Positions 24,380-35,430 are shown, counted from the first letter of the stretch. The stretch is 64,000 bases of DNA from Acidobacteriota bacterium (GCA_965248695.1 CBDFKD010000002.1:5216001-5280000), one strand, 5' to 3'. Numbers and translations: made by a program. Notes: generated from the sequence alone by a model not told the origin.

Positions 24380-25687
24380 TCAGGCGCCGATCCCGAGCCG
24401 CATGCCGGCCTCGATAGCGTCACAGAATCGATCGAGCTCCTCGAGCGTGCTGAAGACGTTCGGTGTCACACGGAACCCGGTGTACTCAGGGTGCTCGGTG
24501 ACGTGCGTGACGATGCCGTGCTCGTCGAACAGCCACTGGTTCATGGCCATCAAATTCACCCCGGGGATGTCGAAGTTGGCGATCCCGCATGCCATGCCCG
24601 GTTTTTGGCTCGTATTCCATCGGATGCGATCCTGCCGGCGCAGACGGTCCACCCAGTAGTCGCGCAGATACAGAAGCCTGGCCTCCTTGCGCTCCGAGCC
24701 CAGGCCTTGATGGAACGTAAGCGCGTCGCCGATACCGAGCGCGTTGGCCACCGGCCGCGTGCCGATCTCCTCGAACTTGCGGATATCGCCGTTGAGCTCG
24801 ACCGGCGGTGCCGTCAGCGCCCACAGGTCCTTGATTCGATCGCGCCGGACGTAGAGCAGACCGGTCCCGTGCGGAGCAAACAGCCACTTGTGGAGGCTGG
24901 TGGCGAAATAGTCGCAGCCCAGGTCCGAGATCTTGAAATCGAAGTGGGCCAGGCTGTGGGCGCCGTCGACCACCAGCGGCAGACCGTGAGCGTGCGCCAT
25001 GTCGGCCACTTCGCGGACCGGGAGAATCTGGCCGCTCAGGTTGATCATGTGCGACATGTGGACGACCTTCGTGCGCGGCGTGATGTTGCTTTCGAACAGG
25101 CGCACGATCTCGGCCGGATCCTCTGAGGGAACCGGGATGGAGATCTGCCGCAGCACGATGCCCTCGCGAAGCGCCCTTTGCTGGTAGGTCCAGATCATGC
25201 GGACATAGTCCTGATTCGTCGTCAGCACCTCGTCGCCGGGCGCCAGATCGATGCCGCACTGGCAGATCTGTAGCCCCTCCGACGCGCCGCGGACGATGGC
25301 GACCTCCTCGGCGTCGACGCCCCATTGGCGGGCGAGTCGCTCCCGGACGTTCTCTTCCTGCGGCTCGAGCACCTCCCACATGGTGTAGGTGGGCGTGGTG
25401 TTGGAGTAGTCCAGGTAGCGCTTCATGGCCTCCTGCACCACCTTTGGAGACGGGCTGACCCCGCCGCTCTGCAGGTTGATCAAGCTGTTGTCCGGCGTGA
25501 AGGCACCTCGCACCTCGAACCAGAAGTCCTCGTCGCGCGCCACCTGTGCCGGCGCGCCTGACGTTGATCCAAGCTCGGCGACCACTGCAAGCGCATGGCC
25601 GAGGTTGTTCGGCAGGACCGCGCCCGAGAGGGCCGTTGCCCCAATCGGCAGCGACATTCCACCGAGAAACTGTCGTCGATTCACCAT
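24380..25687 (-). CDS. Tat-exported class V PLP enzyme (isopenicillin N epimerase-like)
   Basis: RRQFL Tat motif; 'DGAH' and 'SLHKWL' PLP-lysine motif. Confidence 0.88.
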   Translation of the reverse strand: MVNRRQFLGGMSLPIGATALSGAVLPNNLGHALAVVAELGSTSGAPAQVARDEDFWFEVRGAFTPDNSLINLQSGGVSPSPKVVQEAMKRYLDYSNTTPTYTMWEVLEPQEENVRERLARQWGVDAEEVAIVRGASEGLQICQCGIDLAPGDEVLTTNQDYVRMIWTYQQRALREGIVLRQISIPVPSEDPAEIVRLFESNITPRTKVVHMSHMINLSGQILPVREVADMAHAHGLPLVVDGAHSLAHFDFKISDLGCDYFATSLHKWLFAPHGTGLLYVRRDRIKDLWALTAPPVELNGDIRKFEEIGTRPVANALGIGDALTFHQGLGSERKEARLLYLRDYWVDRLRRQDRIRWNTSQKPGMACGIANFDIPGVNLMAMNQWLFDEHGIVTHVTEHPEYTGFRVTPNVFSTLEELDRFCDAIEAGMRLGIGA

Positions 25688-25814
25688 CGTCGATCCTCCC
25701 ACTGCTGCCCCATCTCGCGCGGCAACGATATGCCCTCGGCGGGAACTTTCTCCAGTGGCGCGCGGTGGTTCCTCAGCTCATGAAGCACCTTGGCAGCACC
25801 GTTGCTCGACGCGG

Positions 25815-28124
25815 CTACCATTGCAACGTGTAGGTCATCTTGGCGGTCAACGATCGATCCTCCAGCCCTGAGAACTCACCTCCGTACGACCGGCTCTGTC
25901 GATAGACGAGGTAGAAGTTGTCTCCCGGACGGTAGAGGTAGCGGAGGCGGGCGAACACCGAGAAATCCTCGTCCGAGCTGCTGTACTGCACCAGCGCATC
26001 GGTCAGCCATCGCTCCGAGAACGACACCTCCGTTCGCAGACGCGCCAGATGGACGTTGAAGGCGCCACCGGGAAGCTCGACGACGTTGAAGGTGTAGCTC
26101 GGCCGCAGGCTGACGTTCTCGCTCAATCGCAGCGTGGCCCGTGGACTCACGCGTGTGAGAAAGCCGTCGAAGAACCCTCCCGACAGTATCGAGAACCCAC
26201 CGCTGAGCTTTCGGCCCGGATACGTCTGGTATCCCACCGACCACTCGATGAACTCGTAGTCATTCGCCGCCACGACAACTCCGGGGCTGATCTCGAACGC
26301 GGCCTCCAGCCGATCGAAGTTGGTTCGCACTCCGGCATGGAACGAGTCGCCCGACTCCATCATGAAGCGAGCAAATACGCCGCTCTGGCGGGCAACTCGC
26401 TTACCGCTATGGTCGACGGTGTGATCGAGATAGGCGTTGAGATCAATTTGCCGGAGCCATTCGGCAGCCGGCCGCGGCTTCCAGTGGCCGGCCACGGTGC
26501 GCTTGACGACATCGGTGCGCGGAATGAAGCCAAGGTCGGTGCGGAACTCGTCGTCGATGCTGACGATCTGCGCTTCTGCCTCCCACAGGTCCGTCTGCCA
26601 GATAGCGCGGAGCTCACCGATCCAGGCGTTGCCGTCGATCTCGTTATCCTGCGACTGCGCCGCGAAGCCGGAGAGATTGAGGTGATCGAACAGCGTGAAG
26701 TTGGCGTCAACGCCGGCCACGCGGTTGAACTCGCCCGACGGGCCTTCCACGCTGGAGAAGTAGGCTCCGACGCTGGAGCGCGCCAGAATATCCTGACGCC
26801 AGCGCAGAGCGGTGTAGGCACGCCCGGGACCGACTGGCGAGTCGCCGGTCTGCACGTGCTGCAATCCGAGGTTGCCGCGGCCCATCTTGCCGGTGAGCTT
26901 GCCGCCGAAGTCGATCGGCAGCGGCGTCCCGTCGGCGGCGAGACCGATCCGCCTGGAAAAGTAGAGGCGGGAGGACGGCGGCAAGCCTAAACGACCCTCG
27001 GTGTTGCCGAATGTGAAGTTGTTGGCAGCCTCGAGAAAGAACTCGCGTTTCTCCGGAAAGAAGAGCGAGAAGCGGGTGAGGTTGACACGCTGCTCATCGA
27101 CTTCGACCTGGGCGAAATCGGTGTTGTAGGTGAACTGCGACGTAAGATTTGAACTCAGCTTGACCTTCAGATCCTCGATTCCCACGGCGGCGGTCCCCTC
27201 CGAGATGGGATCCACCCGCTGGTCGAACGAGTCGAAGCCCCCCGTGACATACGGGCGCAACCGGAAACGCTCCGTGAGTCCGAGGTCCTCGAGCCCGTTG
27301 AGCTGCCCGGCCTGCGAGATTGCAATAAAGGAGTAATCCTGGCTCGAGTTGCTCCAGATGATCTCCTCGTTGGTACGGCGTATCTCGCGCCGAAAATCCA
27401 CCCCCCAAGTGGGATTGCCCTGTGTGTAACGCAGGACCGACCACGGGATGGCCATCTCCGCCTCCCAACCGCTATCGGTGAGTTGCGCCGCCGCCTCCCA
27501 GCGCTCGTCCCAGTCCTGGTTGACCTCACGCTCATTGCGGATCGTTGCATCGCTGCGCGTACCGAGCGCGTTCACGGTGAACAGAAACGCGTTGCGGCGA
27601 TCGTGAAACGTGTCCAGCACCACGCTCACTATGTCGTCTGACCTGGAACCGCCTCTGTCGCGACGGATACCGGGAAGCCGGATCCGCAGGCTGTCCCGTC
27701 GCAGCTGTGTCGCGCGAATGGCCTCGGGCTGGCTGTCGTGGAGCACGAAACCCACGTACAGGTACTCGTCGTCGTAAAGGATGCGGGCTTCGGTAGCCTC
27801 CGAGGGGGTGCCGTTTTTCTGCGGCTCGCGCTGGGCGAAATCGCTGATCATGTCTGCTGCGGCCCAGGCCTCGTCGTCGAGCAAACCGTCGAGAACGATC
27901 GCTGACGGTGCCCTGGTGGCCCGCATCTCCTTGACCGAAGGCATCGCCGCCGTCGGCGAGCCGCCGTTGGCCTGCTCGGTGTTTTCTTGCGGTGCCGAGA
28001 ATGCCGCGGCGGTGGCAACGGGGGCCGGCGCATACAGCAGAACGAGCAGCGCCAGGATGGGGCCACGGCGCGTTCTGCCGCGGCCGCCGGGTCCGACCTG
28101 GCACTGGCTACTCTCAAACCGCAC
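25815..28124 (-). CDS. CBM9-like/DUF5916 outer-membrane protein
   Basis: 'LDGLLDDEAW', 'LDTFHDRRNAF' and 'NTDFAQVEVD...NLTRFSLFFPEKREFFLE'; aromatic C-terminus; start uncertain. Confidence 0.85.
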   Translation of the reverse strand: MRFESSQCQVGPGGRGRTRRGPILALLVLLYAPAPVATAAAFSAPQENTEQANGGSPTAAMPSVKEMRATRAPSAIVLDGLLDDEAWAAADMISDFAQREPQKNGTPSEATEARILYDDEYLYVGFVLHDSQPEAIRATQLRRDSLRIRLPGIRRDRGGSRSDDIVSVVLDTFHDRRNAFLFTVNALGTRSDATIRNEREVNQDWDERWEAAAQLTDSGWEAEMAIPWSVLRYTQGNPTWGVDFRREIRRTNEEIIWSNSSQDYSFIAISQAGQLNGLEDLGLTERFRLRPYVTGGFDSFDQRVDPISEGTAAVGIEDLKVKLSSNLTSQFTYNTDFAQVEVDEQRVNLTRFSLFFPEKREFFLEAANNFTFGNTEGRLGLPPSSRLYFSRRIGLAADGTPLPIDFGGKLTGKMGRGNLGLQHVQTGDSPVGPGRAYTALRWRQDILARSSVGAYFSSVEGPSGEFNRVAGVDANFTLFDHLNLSGFAAQSQDNEIDGNAWIGELRAIWQTDLWEAEAQIVSIDDEFRTDLGFIPRTDVVKRTVAGHWKPRPAAEWLRQIDLNAYLDHTVDHSGKRVARQSGVFARFMMESGDSFHAGVRTNFDRLEAAFEISPGVVVAANDYEFIEWSVGYQTYPGRKLSGGFSILSGGFFDGFLTRVSPRATLRLSENVSLRPSYTFNVVELPGGAFNVHLARLRTEVSFSERWLTDALVQYSSSDEDFSVFARLRYLYRPGDNFYLVYRQSRSYGGEFSGLEDRSLTAKMTYTLQW

Positions 28125-28202
28125 GAGTCGCTCCGTGTTATCACAGCGGGCACGTGATATTAACCGACCCTTACGTACGACGATCCGTCCGGAGGTCACG
28201 AA

Positions 28203-28703
28203 ATGGCAAGAGTCGCAACAGGCATTGTCGCCCTGGTAGTACTGGCATCGGCAGGATGTGCTCCGGCAGCTGAGCCGGCTCCCGCGGCCGCACCCGCCGG
28301 CCCATCGGAGGCGGAGGACGCGGCGGCAATCCGCGAGGTTCGGCTGAGCCAATTCGCGGCGTCGTTCATCGCCAGCGACGCCGATGGGTTCCTGGCGAGC
28401 GTCGCCGCAGACATGGTGATCATGCCGCCAGACGAGCCCGCGGTGAGAGGACACACCGAGATCCGCGCCTGGCTCGATGCGTTCTTCGCCGCCTACACGA
28501 CCGACCTCCACTACACCGGTTCGGAAGTCTCAGTGGTCGGCGATACAGCGTTCGAAGCCTACGCGTTTCGCTGGACGCTGACGCCGCTCGACGGCGGCGA
28601 GCCGATCCGGCAGTCCGGCAAGGGCGTGTACGTGTTTCGCCGGCAGGCAGATGGTGGCTGGAAGGTGGCCCGAGACATCTGGAACTACACTCCGACGGAG
28701 TGA
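28203..28703 (+). CDS. NTF2/SnoaL-like (DUF4440) lipoprotein
   Basis: Lipobox SAGC; 'GKGVYVFRRQADGGWKVARDIWN'. Confidence 0.85.
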   Translation: MARVATGIVALVVLASAGCAPAAEPAPAAAPAGPSEAEDAAAIREVRLSQFAASFIASDADGFLASVAADMVIMPPDEPAVRGHTEIRAWLDAFFAAYTTDLHYTGSEVSVVGDTAFEAYAFRWTLTPLDGGEPIRQSGKGVYVFRRQADGGWKVARDIWNYTPTE

Positions 28704-28752
28704 CCGTGTTGATGGGGCTGGCGGGCAAAGGCGTGCGTATCAAGGAGACGAG

Positions 28753-30873
28753 ATGAAGGACAGAGAGCGAAACCACCGACTCAGGGAACGGCTTCCCGTA
28801 CTGCTGTTGACCGCCATCTCGATGGTCGCCAGCGCCGCGGTCCCGCAGACGGCTGGCGGCATGCAGACGGGGGCGATATCGCTACACGAGTACTATGCTC
28901 TGCGCTCGGTGGGTGGCCCGGCGGTGTCGCCGGACGGCAACTCGGTTGTTTACACGACCACCCGAGCTGTCCAGGCTACAGACACAAAGGCGACGACCCT
29001 CTGGATCGCGGCTGTTGACGGGGCCAGCTCGCGACGACTCACCCACGGCGGTAGCAGTGTTTCGTCGCCTTCGTTCTCGCCCGATGGGCACATGATCTCG
29101 TTCATCTCTAGACGCGATGCGTCGGCCTGGGGCATGGACGACGAGATAGCGACTCGCGGACAGGTCTACGTCATGCCGCTGGGCGGTGGAGAGGCGTTCC
29201 CCGTGAGCGAGGTTCCGGGCGGGGTACGCAGCTACTTCTGGTCGCCGGACGGCAGCCGCCTAGCGGTCGTCTCGATGCCGCCGAAGGTGGGCCCTCAGGG
29301 CAACGACGCCGGCACCTCCAACCCAATCGTGGTCACGCGTCTGAAGCACAAATACGACGGCCTCGGGTACCTCGACGACCGCCGAACAGTCATTTACGAC
29401 GTTCCGGCTACGGAAGCTCTCGCCAGCGTCGGCATGCGTCGGGCTCCCGCGCGGGAGCTCACCGATGCGGCGTACGACAGCAGCAGCCCGGCGTTCTCAC
29501 CCGACGGTCGCTGGATCGCCTTCGTCTCGAATCGGACCGCCGAGCCCGACGACAACATGAACACCGACATCTGGAAGGTAGAGGTGTCGTCGGGTCGCAC
29601 CGAGCGCGTCAGCGAATATGAAGGCGGCGACAGGTCGCCGACGTTCTCGCCCGACGGTGAGTGGCTGGCGTATATCAGTTCCGACCCTGAATGGTCTATG
29701 TATCCGACCCCCAGAGTCATGCTGGTGCCAACCGCGGGAGGCACGCCGCGTGATCTCTCCGGTCATCTGGATCGCCAGGCAGGAGCGCCCGTCTGGGCAC
29801 CGGATTCCCGATCCGTCTATACGACCCTCACGGACCAAGGCCACAGTCCGCTGGTGCGCATCGACCTCGACGGCGAGGTGACGCGCACCGTCGAAGGCAA
29901 CGTGAGGTCGGTGGTACCGACACGAGACGGGCGACTGGTGTTCCGCTATACGCGAAACGACCGACCAGCCGAGGTGTATTCGGCCCCAGCGGGCGACGGG
30001 CCGATCCCGACCGAGGTGCTGGTGAACGTCAGCGCCGCCAACGAAGATCATGTCGCCTCGCTCGATTTCAACGCCAGCGACGGTATCTGGTACGAGAGCG
30101 GCGACGGGACTCCGATCCACGCCTGGCTGCTGAAGCCTCCCGGCTTCGACCCCACGCACCAGTACCCGCTAATCCTGTGGATCCATGGCGGCCCGGTGGG
30201 CCAATTTACCGACGGTTTCAACCTCACGCAGCAGTACCTTGCCGCGCTCGGATACGTCGTCTTGCTGGTCAACCCGCGCGGCAGCTCCGGCTATGGCGAG
30301 GAGTTCAGCCGCGCCATCTTCGCCGATTGGGGCGGACCGGACTACGAGGACGTGATGGCGGGGGTCGATGCTGTCCTCGAGCTCGGCTACGTCGACCCGG
30401 ATCGCATGGGAGTCGGTGGCTACAGCTACGGCGGCATCCTTACCAACTACGTGATCGTCAAGACGGATCGCTTCAAGGGCGCCATCTCCGCAGCCGGCGA
30501 TGCTGACTACTACGGCGCCTTCGGCACCGACGACTGGGGCATCTACTGGATCCACGAGTTCGGCGCGCCGTGGGACAACCTCGATCTGTACCGTCGCGTG
30601 TCGCCGAGCACCTACATCAAGAACGCCGTCACCCCGACGCTGTTCATTCACGGGCGCGAGGACTATCGCGATCCGCTGACCCAGTCCGAGCAGCTGTACC
30701 TGAGCCTGCGTGTGCTCGGTGTGGAAACGGCGCTCATCGTGTATCCCGGACAGAGTCACGGATTTGGCGTGCCGTCGTACGAAGTCGACCGGCTGCGGCG
30801 CTACGGGCTGTGGTTCGACAAGTACGTCAAGGGAGAGGCGGTCGATCCGCTCTATCAGGGGTTTTCGCAATAG
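28753..30873 (+). CDS. S9 prolyl-oligopeptidase-family peptidase
   Basis: PD40 propeller repeats; 'IHGGP', GYSYGG nucleophile, D (EDYRD) and H (QSHG). Confidence 0.92.
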   Translation: MKDRERNHRLRERLPVLLLTAISMVASAAVPQTAGGMQTGAISLHEYYALRSVGGPAVSPDGNSVVYTTTRAVQATDTKATTLWIAAVDGASSRRLTHGGSSVSSPSFSPDGHMISFISRRDASAWGMDDEIATRGQVYVMPLGGGEAFPVSEVPGGVRSYFWSPDGSRLAVVSMPPKVGPQGNDAGTSNPIVVTRLKHKYDGLGYLDDRRTVIYDVPATEALASVGMRRAPARELTDAAYDSSSPAFSPDGRWIAFVSNRTAEPDDNMNTDIWKVEVSSGRTERVSEYEGGDRSPTFSPDGEWLAYISSDPEWSMYPTPRVMLVPTAGGTPRDLSGHLDRQAGAPVWAPDSRSVYTTLTDQGHSPLVRIDLDGEVTRTVEGNVRSVVPTRDGRLVFRYTRNDRPAEVYSAPAGDGPIPTEVLVNVSAANEDHVASLDFNASDGIWYESGDGTPIHAWLLKPPGFDPTHQYPLILWIHGGPVGQFTDGFNLTQQYLAALGYVVLLVNPRGSSGYGEEFSRAIFADWGGPDYEDVMAGVDAVLELGYVDPDRMGVGGYSYGGILTNYVIVKTDRFKGAISAAGDADYYGAFGTDDWGIYWIHEFGAPWDNLDLYRRVSPSTYIKNAVTPTLFIHGREDYRDPLTQSEQLYLSLRVLGVETALIVYPGQSHGFGVPSYEVDRLRRYGLWFDKYVKGEAVDPLYQGFSQ

Positions 30874-31718
30874 CGGTCGAGAAACTCCGAGCGCTGACCA
30901 TCGCGGCTCCACAGGATTGGAAAGAAGCTCTCGTCCATCGTCAGATCATCGGCGCGCTTGTAGCGACCATAGATTGCGCTGACGTTGGTCGGATGAAACT
31001 CGGCCGCCGAGGACATGCAATGGGCGACCAGGGAGCGCCGCGCCCGCTCACTGGGGTTGGCTCCCGATCCGTGCCAGGTTCTTCCATGGTGCAGGACACC
31101 GGAGCCGGCGCGGCACTCGATGCGCACGACCTCAGGCTCGACGCCCGCGGCTACGGCGGCCCTTCGCATGTCGAGATGATGATCCTGCGGCGCGTGGAAC
31201 TGCTGGATCGGCGGCGACAGACCCCAGCGGTGCGAGCCGCGTACGTACTCGATGGTGCCACCCTCGGCAGACGTGTCATCCAGCGTCAGCCAGCAGGTCG
31301 CCATCTCCTGAGGAACGATCCAGCTCTCGTAGCTGTCGTCCTGATGAAGTCCCAGCGAACCGGCTCCCGGCGGCTTCCACAGGACGTTGTCCTGATTGAG
31401 CCGCGCTCCGGGCCATGCCATGAGCTCGGCACAAGCGCGCCCGATGTCCGGGGCCAGGACGATGGACGCCACCACGCGGTCCGATTTCCAGCCATTACAG
31501 ATTTGTCGCGTCAGCTGTTCGGAGTCACGGCCGGCGCGCCAGTTCCATTCGTCGGGCTGGAGGCCGGTCTCGAACTCGCCGCCGAAGAGTGGTGTGAAAC
31601 GATCGGCTGCCGCGCGCACGAGCTCCGGAGGCAGCACGTTCTCGACGACGACGAATCCGTCTTCAAGGAAACGCTCGCGGTGCTCAGAGCCAAGACGTAA
31701 CACCGGCTCGCCGATCAC
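30855..31718 (-). CDS. PhyH-family Fe(II)/2OG dioxygenase
   Basis: 'HQD', 'WLTLDD...GG...GSH' and 'HGSGAN...RR'. Confidence 0.9.
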   Translation of the reverse strand: MIGEPVLRLGSEHRERFLEDGFVVVENVLPPELVRAAADRFTPLFGGEFETGLQPDEWNWRAGRDSEQLTRQICNGWKSDRVVASIVLAPDIGRACAELMAWPGARLNQDNVLWKPPGAGSLGLHQDDSYESWIVPQEMATCWLTLDDTSAEGGTIEYVRGSHRWGLSPPIQQFHAPQDHHLDMRRAAVAAGVEPEVVRIECRAGSGVLHHGRTWHGSGANPSERARRSLVAHCMSSAAEFHPTNVSAIYGRYKRADDLTMDESFFPILWSRDGQRSEFLDRYCENP

Positions 31719-31745
31719 GTCGGACGGAATCTCCCGCTTCAGGCC

Positions 31746-32204
31746 CTATTCTTCGTCGGGCGCGATGTTCCAGATCTCACGGGCGATACGCCATTCACCA
31801 TCAGCGTCACGGCGCACGACCATCAGATACTGGTCGTTGCCGTCGTAGGTGCCACGCGCGTAGCCCCAGTCGCCAGTGACCACCACCTCGTCGTTGTGCA
31901 TCGTGAAGGCGTACGGGCTAACGGGGTCATTGGCGGCTCGCATGTCGGCCGCTCCGTGAATCGCCGGCCCGCCGGCTCCCATGTAGATGACATCGTCGGT
32001 GTACACCGACATGAGCTCCTCGATGCTGCCGTTTGCGAAGGCCGCAGCTAGGCCGTCCATCAAGGCGTCGATGGCGGCCCGGTCGTCCTCGACAGTCGGC
32101 GTAGGCTCTGCCTCGGGAGCTGGAGGGCTCTCTGCCGCGGTACAGCCAAGCGCCGAGATGGTCAACGCCAGCAAGATCGCAGTGGTACCTGGGCGCCGTC
32201 TCAT
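31746..32204 (-). CDS. NTF2/SnoaL-like (DUF4440) lipoprotein
   Basis: Lipobox ALGC; 'RRDADGEWRIAREIWN'. Confidence 0.85.
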   Translation of the reverse strand: MRRRPGTTAILLALTISALGCTAAESPPAPEAEPTPTVEDDRAAIDALMDGLAAAFANGSIEELMSVYTDDVIYMGAGGPAIHGAADMRAANDPVSPYAFTMHNDEVVVTGDWGYARGTYDGNDQYLMVVRRDADGEWRIAREIWNIAPDEE

Positions 32205-32656
32205 TGACTGTCCTCCGGGCTGCCATCGGTATTCCAGAATTCACGCGCGATCTTCCACGAGCCGTCATCCTGCCGGGCCAGGATGTAGATCGCCTTGCCG
32301 GCGGTCTCGTCGCCAACCGTCCATGCACCGACGACATGGGCCCAATCTCCGTGCACCATCACCTCGACATAGGTCTCGGCCCACGGAATCGGACCATCGA
32401 GCGAGGCCGTCGCCCTCATGGCGTCCTTGCCGCTGGCCGGCGCACTATCCGGCTGCATGAAGAACGCGTCGTCGGTGTATTGGCCGAGGAAGGCCTCGTT
32501 GTCACCAGTCCGGAGCGCGTCGCCGGTGGCGTCCATCGCCGCGATCACGGCGTCCACGTCAGCGCCGCTGGTCTGTTGAGCGGCCTGGACCCAACCGGGG
32601 GCCGATGCCAGGAGCAGGAGCGATGCCGCAAGAAGCGCAGCGGGTCGGATTCTCAT
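32201..32656 (-). CDS. NTF2/SnoaL-like (DUF4440) exported protein
   Basis: Signal peptide; 'RQDDGSWKIAREFWN'. Confidence 0.85.
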   Translation of the reverse strand: MRIRPAALLAASLLLLASAPGWVQAAQQTSGADVDAVIAAMDATGDALRTGDNEAFLGQYTDDAFFMQPDSAPASGKDAMRATASLDGPIPWAETYVEVMVHGDWAHVVGAWTVGDETAGKAIYILARQDDGSWKIAREFWNTDGSPEDSQ

Positions 32657-32746
32657 TCGCGATCTCCATGAGCGGTGGTCACTCCCACTCCGGAGCCTGT
32701 TCGGCACCGGGGCGAAGGCGACCGTCTATTCGATCCCTGGGAGCTG

Positions 32747-34087
32747 TCAGGGCGATGTTGGACGCTGGCCGTAAACACCTGCTAACACCTGGCGCACCAT
32801 CGGCAGCAGGCTCATCTCGCTGTGTTCTCGGTCCTTGAAGTAGCTGGCGTAGACGGCCACATAGTCCAGGTCGGGGTTGACCAGCAGCCCTTGCCCGGCC
32901 CAGCCGCCCTTGTGGAAGTCGTTGTTGTCGTACACATCCCACTGGTAAACGGTGGTTCGCATGTCGGCCGGATCGAGGCCGGCGTCGCGCGGGCCGAATC
33001 GCGCGTTCGCCTGCAGCTCCGGCCGCCCACCGCTCGAGAGAACGCCAAGAAACCGGTCGGAGATGAGCTTGCGATCGGTCACAACTCCGTAACTCGGGGT
33101 GAACAACAGGCCGAATCGGGCCAGGTCGCGCAGGCGGGCGATGACCACCTCGAGGGCGATCCCGTTGCGGGCGGCGAACATCGACGCGTCGGCCTCGGCG
33201 CCGATGTGACGCCAGATCTCCCCGGTGAAGGCGTCCTGAAACGGCATGCCGGTGACTTCCTCGACCAGCCAGCGAAGGAGGAACGTGTTGACGCCGGAGT
33301 AGTCGTAGCCGGTGCCCTGCTCGGCCCAGAACCCATAGTCGAAGTCGATCATCATGTCGTACGGGTTGTCGGGGCTGTTCTCGGTGCGGTACGCGTCGCC
33401 CATGGAAGCTTCGAATCGGTAGTAGCACGACTCGAAGTCGACATAGTTGTCGGAGCAGTCGATCCCCGATGCCATATCGAGCAGGTTGCGGACGGTGATT
33501 CCCGCCAGCTGCGAGTCCTTCAGATCGGAGATGTAATCTTCGATCGGCAGGGCGACGTCTACCAGGCCCCGATCTTCGAGAATCGACACGACCGCCGATA
33601 CCAGCACCTTGGTAACCGACCAGTAGGCGGGCTTCTGGTAGTATTGCATACGCGGATAGGTTTCGAAAACGACCTCGCCGCGGTACAGGATCACCATTCC
33701 CATGGTCGTGGTGAGGTCGCTTCGTAGCACGTCTTGGAAGCGTTGCGACCCGGCGGCAGTCTCAACCACGTAGTCAGCGATTCTCTCGTCGAGGCGATAG
33801 GCGAGCTCACGGACCGGGCCGTCACGGTAGATGTTGACGGTGGGGAACAGCTGGTGAACGTTCTTGAGGCTCCAGGCGAGTTGGTCGCCGACGACGTCCC
33901 ACCAGGCCGTGTCGGTGGGCACGGCGCGTTGCCAGCGCAACGTCTCCGCGACCGATGAGTCGGGCTCGAAGGCCGGGAGCTCAGCGTCGCTGACGCCGAC
34001 CTCTGCATCGGGAGCCGGCGCGGCGCATGCCGCGCCGGCGATCAGACCGACGACTGCCCACCTCCGCAGTTGCCGCCGTATTTTCAA
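32747..34087 (-). CDS. Beta-lactamase-fold serine hydrolase (NylB-like) lipoprotein
   Basis: SxxK (WSVTK), 'LLDMASG', 'YSG' and 'KGGWAGQ'. Confidence 0.88.
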   Translation of the reverse strand: MKIRRQLRRWAVVGLIAGAACAAPAPDAEVGVSDAELPAFEPDSSVAETLRWQRAVPTDTAWWDVVGDQLAWSLKNVHQLFPTVNIYRDGPVRELAYRLDERIADYVVETAAGSQRFQDVLRSDLTTTMGMVILYRGEVVFETYPRMQYYQKPAYWSVTKVLVSAVVSILEDRGLVDVALPIEDYISDLKDSQLAGITVRNLLDMASGIDCSDNYVDFESCYYRFEASMGDAYRTENSPDNPYDMMIDFDYGFWAEQGTGYDYSGVNTFLLRWLVEEVTGMPFQDAFTGEIWRHIGAEADASMFAARNGIALEVVIARLRDLARFGLLFTPSYGVVTDRKLISDRFLGVLSSGGRPELQANARFGPRDAGLDPADMRTTVYQWDVYDNNDFHKGGWAGQGLLVNPDLDYVAVYASYFKDREHSEMSLLPMVRQVLAGVYGQRPTSP

Positions 34088-35430
34088 GGGCTGGTCTCCT
34101 CCCCGAACACTCCCTCGAGAACCTCGCGCAGGACCGGCAACGCGCTCATCTCGCTGCCCTCACGGTCTTTGAAGTAGCCGGCATACGCCGCCACGTAGTC
34201 GCGTTCCGGATTGATCAGCAGTCCCTGGCCGCCCCAGCCGCCCTTGTAGACGTCGTCGTTATCGAAGACAACGTCCCACTGGTAGACGTTGTGGCGCACG
34301 CCGTCTCGCCGGAAGTTGCCGCCGCGGGCGTTCTCGAACAGCTCCGGTCGTCCGCCATGCAGGATCAGGTCAATGGTGCGATCCGAGACGATCTTCTGTG
34401 GTGACACCGCCGCATGGCTCGGAGTGAACAGCACTCCGAAACGCGCCACGTCGCGGACGTTCGCCACCAACCCGCCGCTGGTCAGGGGGATGCCGTTGAG
34501 GCCGGCGAAGATGGAGGCGTCGGCCTCGGCGCCCATGTGCCTCCAGACTTCCCGGGTAAGCACGTCCTGGAACGGCATGCCGGTGACCTTCTCGACCACC
34601 CAGCTAACCAGGAACGTGTTGAGGCCCGAGTAGTTGTAGCCGACTCCCTGCTCGGCCCAAAACCCGTAGTCGTAGTTGATCAGCATGTCGTACGGGTTGT
34701 CCTCGGCGATCGTCAGCGGCAGCCCGTCGCCAAACGCCGATTCGAAGTGGTTGTAGCAGGCGTCCGGCGTGGCGTAGTCGTCGGCGCAGTCGACGCCTGA
34801 GGCCATATCGAGGGCATTGCGCACCGTGATGCCGGCGAGCTGCGATCCCTCGAGCTCAGGGATGTAGAACTCCACCGGCTTGCTGACGTCGATCTCGCCG
34901 CGGTCTTCGAGAATCGCCAGCACCGTCGATGTGAACGCCTTGGTGACGGACCAGAAGATCGGCTTCTGGTAGGGCTCCATGCGCGGATAGCTCTCGAAGA
35001 CGATCTCGCCCCGATGAACGATCACCATGCCCATCGTCGTCGAGTGTTCGCTGTTCAGGAAGTCGAGGAACCCCAACTGCCCGTCAGGCGTCTCGACTTG
35101 ATAGTCGGCGATCTCGGTCATCGGCCGCCGGGCGAGCTCGCTTACCGGGCCGTCGCGATAGACGTTCACCGTCGGTGCGATCTGATGGACGTTCTTGAAC
35201 GCCCAGGCCTGCTGCTCGCCGACCACGTCCCACCAGGCGGTGCGATCGGTGGGCAAGTCACGATGCCAGCGGAGCGTGTCGGCAACCGTCACCGCCGACT
35301 CGAACGGTGCCGGGTCGGTGCTTGCCGCGGCCTCCCGCAGAGGACCATCTGCGGGCGCGCACCCTGCGGCCAGGGTGAACGCGAGCACGGCCAGGATGGC
35401 GAGCGGACGACCTGCGTGGCGGGTGGACAT
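34084..35430 (-). CDS. Beta-lactamase-fold serine hydrolase, tandem paralogue
   Basis: Same motifs (WSVTK, YSG, KGGWGGQ); lipobox AAGC. Confidence 0.88.
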   Translation of the reverse strand: MSTRHAGRPLAILAVLAFTLAAGCAPADGPLREAAASTDPAPFESAVTVADTLRWHRDLPTDRTAWWDVVGEQQAWAFKNVHQIAPTVNVYRDGPVSELARRPMTEIADYQVETPDGQLGFLDFLNSEHSTTMGMVIVHRGEIVFESYPRMEPYQKPIFWSVTKAFTSTVLAILEDRGEIDVSKPVEFYIPELEGSQLAGITVRNALDMASGVDCADDYATPDACYNHFESAFGDGLPLTIAEDNPYDMLINYDYGFWAEQGVGYNYSGLNTFLVSWVVEKVTGMPFQDVLTREVWRHMGAEADASIFAGLNGIPLTSGGLVANVRDVARFGVLFTPSHAAVSPQKIVSDRTIDLILHGGRPELFENARGGNFRRDGVRHNVYQWDVVFDNDDVYKGGWGGQGLLINPERDYVAAYAGYFKDREGSEMSALPVLREVLEGVFGEETSP